Shown here: positions 59,092 to 64,000 of the stretch, piece by piece | Position numbering within the stretch: position 1 is the stretch's first letter | Layout of the letters: each line of letters starts with the position of its first letter | IMG/VR virus record: IMGVR_UViG_3300031998_000023 | DNA length: 64,000 bases | Source: an uncultured virus (IMG/VR IMGVR_UViG_3300031998_000023) | Taxonomy: Duplodnaviria; Heunggongvirae; Uroviricota; Caudoviricetes | Direction: 5' to 3' (one strand) | The notes under the pieces: generated by a model | Told to the model about the DNA's origin: nothing | Databases searched by the model: none | The model's input: only the letters and a program-made list of their open reading frames with translations | Program-made: the position numbers and the translations under genes

Positions 59092-60408
59092 ATGGCTTTT
59101 TTATTTTGTGAAAATATAGAGGAAATGGCTTATCCTGCATCATTTAACATGGAAGCATTCAAGGCAATTCCATCATATGCAGGTAAGATTAAATATTGTA
59201 AGGAAAAACTTGGCCAACAACTTGGTAGTGGTACTTCAAGAATGGTTTTCCCGATAGACGATGAAAAGGTTTTGAAACTTGCAAAGAATCCAAAAGGTAT
59301 AGCTCAAAATGAGGCTGAATGTGATTGGTGGCTTCAGAAGATTGGCCTTTTTGCTAAAATTTATGATTATGATGAAGATTATAAATGGATTGAAATGCAG
59401 GTTGCAAGAAAAGCAAGGCCAACAGATTTCATGAGATATTACGGGTATCCATTCAAAGTTGTATGTGCATATATTGATTATGTACATAGTTTGTATTCAA
59501 GAGGCTATCCATGGAGAGATAAACAATACGATGATATATTTGAACGTGTTGCTGACAGCGATGAATATTATGATTCAATATTTTACATGCTTTATGAGTA
59601 CATGGCAAACACTCAATTGAATGCAATTGGTGACTTGAAGAGAATATCATCTTGGGGTATTGTAAGTGAGAATGGAGAAGAAAGACTTGTTCTTATTGAC
59701 TATGGCCTAAATGATGATGTCGCACAAGAATTTTATGGAATGAAATTGAGAGAATCTGAAATTGTTGAAATGGTTAAAAAGGCAATCAAGAAAATATTAA
59801 AAGAAGAATATGATGATTGGTATGACAGCCCAATAGGTAAAGCATATGAAAATATATGGGATGGCGAAGTATTGGAGGAATTTTTAGATGACAAAAGGCA
59901 TGGAATAAAGACAAAACAATGGGATTTAATTCCTGCTGAACAATACCAAAATCTATTGAACAGATATATGCAATATGGCGAAAATGCAAGAATACCTGAA
60001 AGGATTGTTGATGAATGGATTCAATTAATTGCCAATAATCTTGTTACTTTAGAGTACATGACAGCATTCGCCGGCCATGCATCATATTTTCCTGAAGAAG
60101 CATTTGAAGATGTTTTTGGTGAACAATTCAAAGGAAAAATTGATTATGATAATGTTTCAGTATTCTTGGAAAATATAGGATATTATGATTGGGCCCAATT
60201 GCCTGACGGTAGTGATGCAATCAGTGACTATGGAATCAAGCCAATAGCAGATATATTATCAGAATTAAGTCCCGCTTCAACTCCTGAAGATAAATTGATT
60301 ATAATTAATAGGTGTCTTGATGTAATACATTGCCGAGGCGATTTGGCTTCAACATTCATACAAGGTGGCCGTTCCACTTGTTCACGAATTTCAGGACAAT
60401 ACAGATAA
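59092..60408 (+). CDS. Protein-kinase-like domain fused to an unknown C-terminal domain
   Basis: LGSGTSRMVF (Gly loop), VLKLA, QNEAE, GDLKR (catalytic loop), LVLIDYG (DFG-like). Confidence 0.7.
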   Translation: MAFLFCENIEEMAYPASFNMEAFKAIPSYAGKIKYCKEKLGQQLGSGTSRMVFPIDDEKVLKLAKNPKGIAQNEAECDWWLQKIGLFAKIYDYDEDYKWIEMQVARKARPTDFMRYYGYPFKVVCAYIDYVHSLYSRGYPWRDKQYDDIFERVADSDEYYDSIFYMLYEYMANTQLNAIGDLKRISSWGIVSENGEERLVLIDYGLNDDVAQEFYGMKLRESEIVEMVKKAIKKILKEEYDDWYDSPIGKAYENIWDGEVLEEFLDDKRHGIKTKQWDLIPAEQYQNLLNRYMQYGENARIPERIVDEWIQLIANNLVTLEYMTAFAGHASYFPEEAFEDVFGEQFKGKIDYDNVSVFLENIGYYDWAQLPDGSDAISDYGIKPIADILSELSPASTPEDKLIIINRCLDVIHCRGDLASTFIQGGRSTCSRISGQYR

Positions 60409-60411
60409 ACT

Positions 60412-60442
60412 AAATGCACTCAGAAATGGGTGCATTTTTTTT
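60412..60442 (+). terminator. Intrinsic terminator
   Basis: AAATGCACTCA-GAAA-TGGGTGCATTTTTTT. Confidence 0.85.
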
Positions 60443-60487
60443 GTTGTTTTTCTTCCATAAAAAATGTATATTATAATAAAAAACGTT

Positions 60488-61384
60488 ATGAATAGTTTCA
60501 TTGATGAATGCTTTGAAGGATATGTTATTTCAAAGATTGAAGAAATTCATGCACAGAAAAGCGGTAAAATTGACCCAGATTACGTTTTATATGTTGAGTT
60601 GATTAACAACATAACTTCAGATGTAAAAAGCATTCTAAACAAGTTTTACAAGGAAAAACGGTATATTATCGGAAAGACGTTAAACGACAAATACATAAAA
60701 GACAAAAATTGGGAAAAATGAGATATAGAGATTTAATAAGAACATTTGAAATTATCGCCAAATATGATGGTGGTCTTGATAATGAATGCCTTAATATGTG
60801 GGCAGAACATGATGAACATGGCATTGCGTTTGATTCTGATTGGGATGTGTCGGCAGATGATATTAGAGAATTAGCTGCTATGGGATGGAGTCTTGGCTGT
60901 GATGCTGAGTTTAATGAAGAAGATTTTGAGAAATGGGAAAACTACAAAGAATTGACTGATGAAGAAATAAAGGAATTATTTAGTGAGTACAATGGAATCT
61001 TCACATTCGAATGATAAAATAAAAGAGCCAATTGAATTATTTGGATATGAGTGTGGAAGCGGATGGTTTCCATATATTCAAAAAGCACAAAATTTATTAG
61101 ACAACTATAATGCTGAGCATCCGGATGAAGAGCCTCTTGAATTTGTTCAAGTTAAGGAAAAATTCGGTATGCTTACAATTTATTTGAATCGTTACCCTGA
61201 AAATATCCATGAAAAGATATGGGATATTGAAAAAGAAGCAGATGATGTTTGTGAACTTTGTGGAGCAAAAGGCGCTACAAGGAAATCAACTCACGGTTGG
61301 ATTATGACACTTTGTGACAAATGCCGTGAAGAGGAAATAAACAGGTATAATGAGAGGATGGGGAGAATATTAAATGCAAAATAA
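60488..61384 (+). other. Three small hypothetical genes (60488, 60709, about 60983)
   Basis: Overlapping ORFs; the third has the phage-typical GW...QVKEKFG.L...CELCG...GW..TLC motif. Confidence 0.6.
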
Positions 61385-62492
61385 GATATGTGTTTATGCC
61401 ATTTGTAAGAATGAATCTCAATTTGTTGACAGATGGTGCAAGAGTATGAAAGAAGCCGACTGTGTTGTTGTTCTTGACACTGGTTCATCAGATGATACAG
61501 TTGAAAGGCTTAGAGTTCAAGGCGTTACTGTTGTAAGTAAAGAAATAAAGCCATGGAGGTTTGACGTTGCTCGTAATGAGGCACTTAAATTAGTACCTGA
61601 AGATTGTAACATTTTGGTTTCAACCGATTTAGATGAATATTTTGAACCAGGTTGGGCTGCTCCACTTAGAGAACAATGGATTGATGGTCAGCATAAAAGA
61701 GCTGTATATACATATTATCTATCAGACAGTAATGGAATGCCAAGCAAAAAGATATTGTACAATAAAATACATTCAAAAGGATGGTATTGGAAATATCCTG
61801 TGCATGAATTATTGTTAAAGGAATCTGACAATACTGAGAATTTAGCCAACAATGAAGAATTGTTCATTGAAAATTCTGTTATATTGTATCATTATCCTGA
61901 TATGAGTAAGAGTAGGGGTAATTATATTGATTTATTGGAACTTAGAGCAAAAGAAAACCCAGAAGATTACTTTGGCCTTTATTACTTAGCTAAAGAATAT
62001 GAAGTTGTTAATTTAGACAAAGCATTTGAAGTTTCAATGCGTGGTATTCAAGTTGCTGATAACGATTTCTATAAATTTATTTTTATGGTAAATCTTGGAA
62101 CCATATGTGAAAAGAAGTTTGATTATGGAAACGCATTGAATTGTTATATTAATGCACTTCAATTAAATGGTGAATATAGGTTTGTATATCTATTTGCAGC
62201 ACGATTGCTTTTCAATATTGTAAAAGACTATGAAAAAGCTTATCAATTATTATATAATGGATTAAAGTATAGTTATCGCCACGACTATTGGTTTGATAGA
62301 AACGATGGATGGGATAGCGACTATTATGATTTGATGTCATTATCTGCTTATAATAGTGGGAGAAAAGCAGAAAGTTTAATTTTTGCATTGGTTGCAAGCA
62401 GTAAAGACGAATCAGACGAAAGATTAAAAGGAAATATAAATTCAATATTAAATGCAATAACAGATAAAGAAATTACTGATTATGAAGAATAA
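61374..62492 (+). CDS. GT2 glycosyltransferase with C-terminal TPR-like region
   Basis: ICKNE, LDTGSSD, FDVARNEAL, TDLDE, VHE. Confidence 0.9.
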   Translation: MQNKICVYAICKNESQFVDRWCKSMKEADCVVVLDTGSSDDTVERLRVQGVTVVSKEIKPWRFDVARNEALKLVPEDCNILVSTDLDEYFEPGWAAPLREQWIDGQHKRAVYTYYLSDSNGMPSKKILYNKIHSKGWYWKYPVHELLLKESDNTENLANNEELFIENSVILYHYPDMSKSRGNYIDLLELRAKENPEDYFGLYYLAKEYEVVNLDKAFEVSMRGIQVADNDFYKFIFMVNLGTICEKKFDYGNALNCYINALQLNGEYRFVYLFAARLLFNIVKDYEKAYQLLYNGLKYSYRHDYWFDRNDGWDSDYYDLMSLSAYNSGRKAESLIFALVASSKDESDERLKGNINSILNAITDKEITDYEE

Positions 62493-63618
62493 GATATGTG
62501 TTTATGCAATTTGCAAAAACGAGGCTCACTTTGTTGATAGGTGGGCAAAGAGTATGTTAGAGGCCGACAGCGTTGTTGTTCTTGATACAGGCTCAACTGA
62601 TGATACAGTTGAAAAACTTAAAAGCCATGGAATTACTGTTGAGCAAAAGATTATCAGTCCATGGAGGTTTGATGTTGCACGTAATGAATCAATGAAATTA
62701 ATTCCTGATGACTGTAACATCTTGGTATGCACTGATTTAGATGAAGTATTGGACCCAGGTTGGGCTAATGTTCTTAGGGAAAGATGGATTGACGGAGTAC
62801 ATAAGAGTTGTTGGTACAAATACGTTTGGAGCCATTTACCTGATGGAAGCAACGGAAGAATCTTTTGGTACAATAAAATCCATGTGAGAGGTTATGAATG
62901 GAAATATCCTGTCCACGAATTGCTTGATGTGATTCCTGGTTATGAGAAATCACTTGAGGGCCTTAAAGATTTATGGATTGATGAAGACGGTTTCAAATTG
63001 CATCACTATGCAGTGCCTAAAGAGAGTAGAAATAGTTATTTGCCACTCTTGGAAATGAGAGTACAAGAATACCCTGATGATTTGTCAGGTTGGCACTATC
63101 TAACACATCAATATTTTTATGAAGGAAAATATCAAAACTGTATTGATTTTGGTAAGAAGATGTTAGAGAAATTTGACAGTTCGCTTGATGGTTTGGATAA
63201 GTCAAATATTAATTTATTTATCGGTTATTCATATAGGGAGCTTGGACAATACGATGAAGCATTAGCATCATTCTATAAAGGAATTGAGTTGGACAAGACT
63301 TATATTGAGAATTATCTTGAAGTGGCTGACATTTATCTTGAACACAGCGACAAGAAAGATAGATTTGACCTTGCATATGGCATATTAAAGAAATGCTTCA
63401 AGAACATGTATAGACACTACTCATGGCTTGAGAAAGATGATTCATTTGCTTCAAGGCCGTTTGACCAACTTTCACTTGCTTCTTATTATGCAGGTAAAAA
63501 GAAAGAATCATTGCTTTATGCCTTTATCGCAAGAGAAAGAAACAAATCCGATGAAAGACTCAAGAACAACGTTGATGTTATTTTAGCAAACATTGAAGAC
63601 AAAGATTTAGTGAAATGA
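62482..63618 (+). CDS. GT2 glycosyltransferase with TPR repeats (tandem paralogue)
   Basis: Same motifs; FIGYSYRELGQYDEALASFYKGIELD TPR. Confidence 0.9.
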   Translation: MKNKICVYAICKNEAHFVDRWAKSMLEADSVVVLDTGSTDDTVEKLKSHGITVEQKIISPWRFDVARNESMKLIPDDCNILVCTDLDEVLDPGWANVLRERWIDGVHKSCWYKYVWSHLPDGSNGRIFWYNKIHVRGYEWKYPVHELLDVIPGYEKSLEGLKDLWIDEDGFKLHHYAVPKESRNSYLPLLEMRVQEYPDDLSGWHYLTHQYFYEGKYQNCIDFGKKMLEKFDSSLDGLDKSNINLFIGYSYRELGQYDEALASFYKGIELDKTYIENYLEVADIYLEHSDKKDRFDLAYGILKKCFKNMYRHYSWLEKDDSFASRPFDQLSLASYYAGKKKESLLYAFIARERNKSDERLKNNVDVILANIEDKDLVK

Positions 63619-63836
63619 AAATCCATATATACGATAATAAATTAAAAAAGGAAACATATTGTTTTGATGTTGTTTGCCCACAACCAGTTGATTTTCTGTT
63701 TGTAAAAGACAGGGAAACAAAGCAAAGGTACTTAATGGAGCGCACACGTGGAGAAGACCCGTTTGAGGGCCATCACTTCTTGCACCCATGCGAATATTCT
63801 CAATACGATGATGTTGAATTGCAAATAGAAAATTAG
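63615..63836 (+). CDS. Hypothetical protein
   Basis: 73 aa ORF overlapping the GT stop. Confidence 0.55.
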   Translation: MKIHIYDNKLKKETYCFDVVCPQPVDFLFVKDRETKQRYLMERTRGEDPFEGHHFLHPCEYSQYDDVELQIEN

Positions 63837-63840
63837 AATT

Positions 63841-64000
63841 ATGAAAGTTTCTGAACTTAAAATTATACTAAATGCCATTGAACTTCCTGATGATAATATT
63901 CCAATAAAGGTTAAACTTGAATTTGATGATGGGAATTATACAGTAAGGAACATTGTTTCATTTAGAGAATATAGTGATTGCTTAATTTTAAATGCTGAAA
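63841..64000 (+). CDS. Hypothetical protein, 3' truncated
   Basis: MKVSELKIILN... open to the window end. Confidence 0.5.
   Translation, partial: MKVSELKIILNAIELPDDNIPIKVKLEFDDGNYTVRNIVSFREYSDCLILNAE

Noticed and set aside
11844..60488. ORF-track starts at 11874, 12636, 20423, 44591, 49658 and 60464 (MYI.../MYY...)
   Set aside because: They fall inside the TTGTATATT promoter motif or its variants; downstream ATGs are the more plausible starts
1768..63789. Numerous antisense or nested ORFs of 60-210 aa in the track (e.g. 4653..5282, 10221..10670, 16948..17415, 18334..18834)
   Set aside because: Shadows of longer genes with recognisable motifs; no independent coding signal
1..64000. Stop-codon reassignment (TAG=Gln, as in Lak megaphages)
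   Set aside because: Genes are full-length and densely packed under code 11; TAG ends plausible genes at 20401, 22096, 26914 and 63836; the tRNA-Gln has anticodon TTG, not CTA

Overview
AT-rich, gene-dense segment of what is most likely a jumbo or mega phage of a Bacteroidota host. This is inferred from many small unknown ORFs, phage-type auxiliary genes, Bacteroidota-like promoters and the absence of bacterial housekeeping operons; no capsid, terminase or polymerase gene is in the window to confirm it. The standard genetic code fits. The main feature is a divergent NAD+/ADP-ribose cluster at about 3.6-17.4 kb: ADP-ribosylglycohydrolase, Prs/Adps-like pyrophosphokinase, nicotinamidase, NAMPT/Namat-family transferase, macro domain and NadE. 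Its gene content and an active-site Asp-to-Ala change suggest a deamidated variant of phage NAD+ reconstitution (nicotinate to NaAD to NAD+). The window also holds an RNA-repair set (three RNA ligase-like genes, Thg1-like, HAD, two phosphoesterases), rmlA/rmlC, two GT2-TPR glycosyltransferases, a GH16, two radical SAM proteins, a DNA methyltransferase, SSB, thioredoxin, DnaJ, a GuaB/GuaC-like enzyme, vWA and SPFH proteins, a kinase-like protein, two free-standing homing endonucleases and a tRNA-Gln. Three recurring upstream motifs are visible: sigmaA-like TTTG-N16/17-TTGTATATT, sigma54-like TGGCAY-N2-TTTTTG, and ACTATTTAT. All product calls come from motif recognition by eye; no searches were run.
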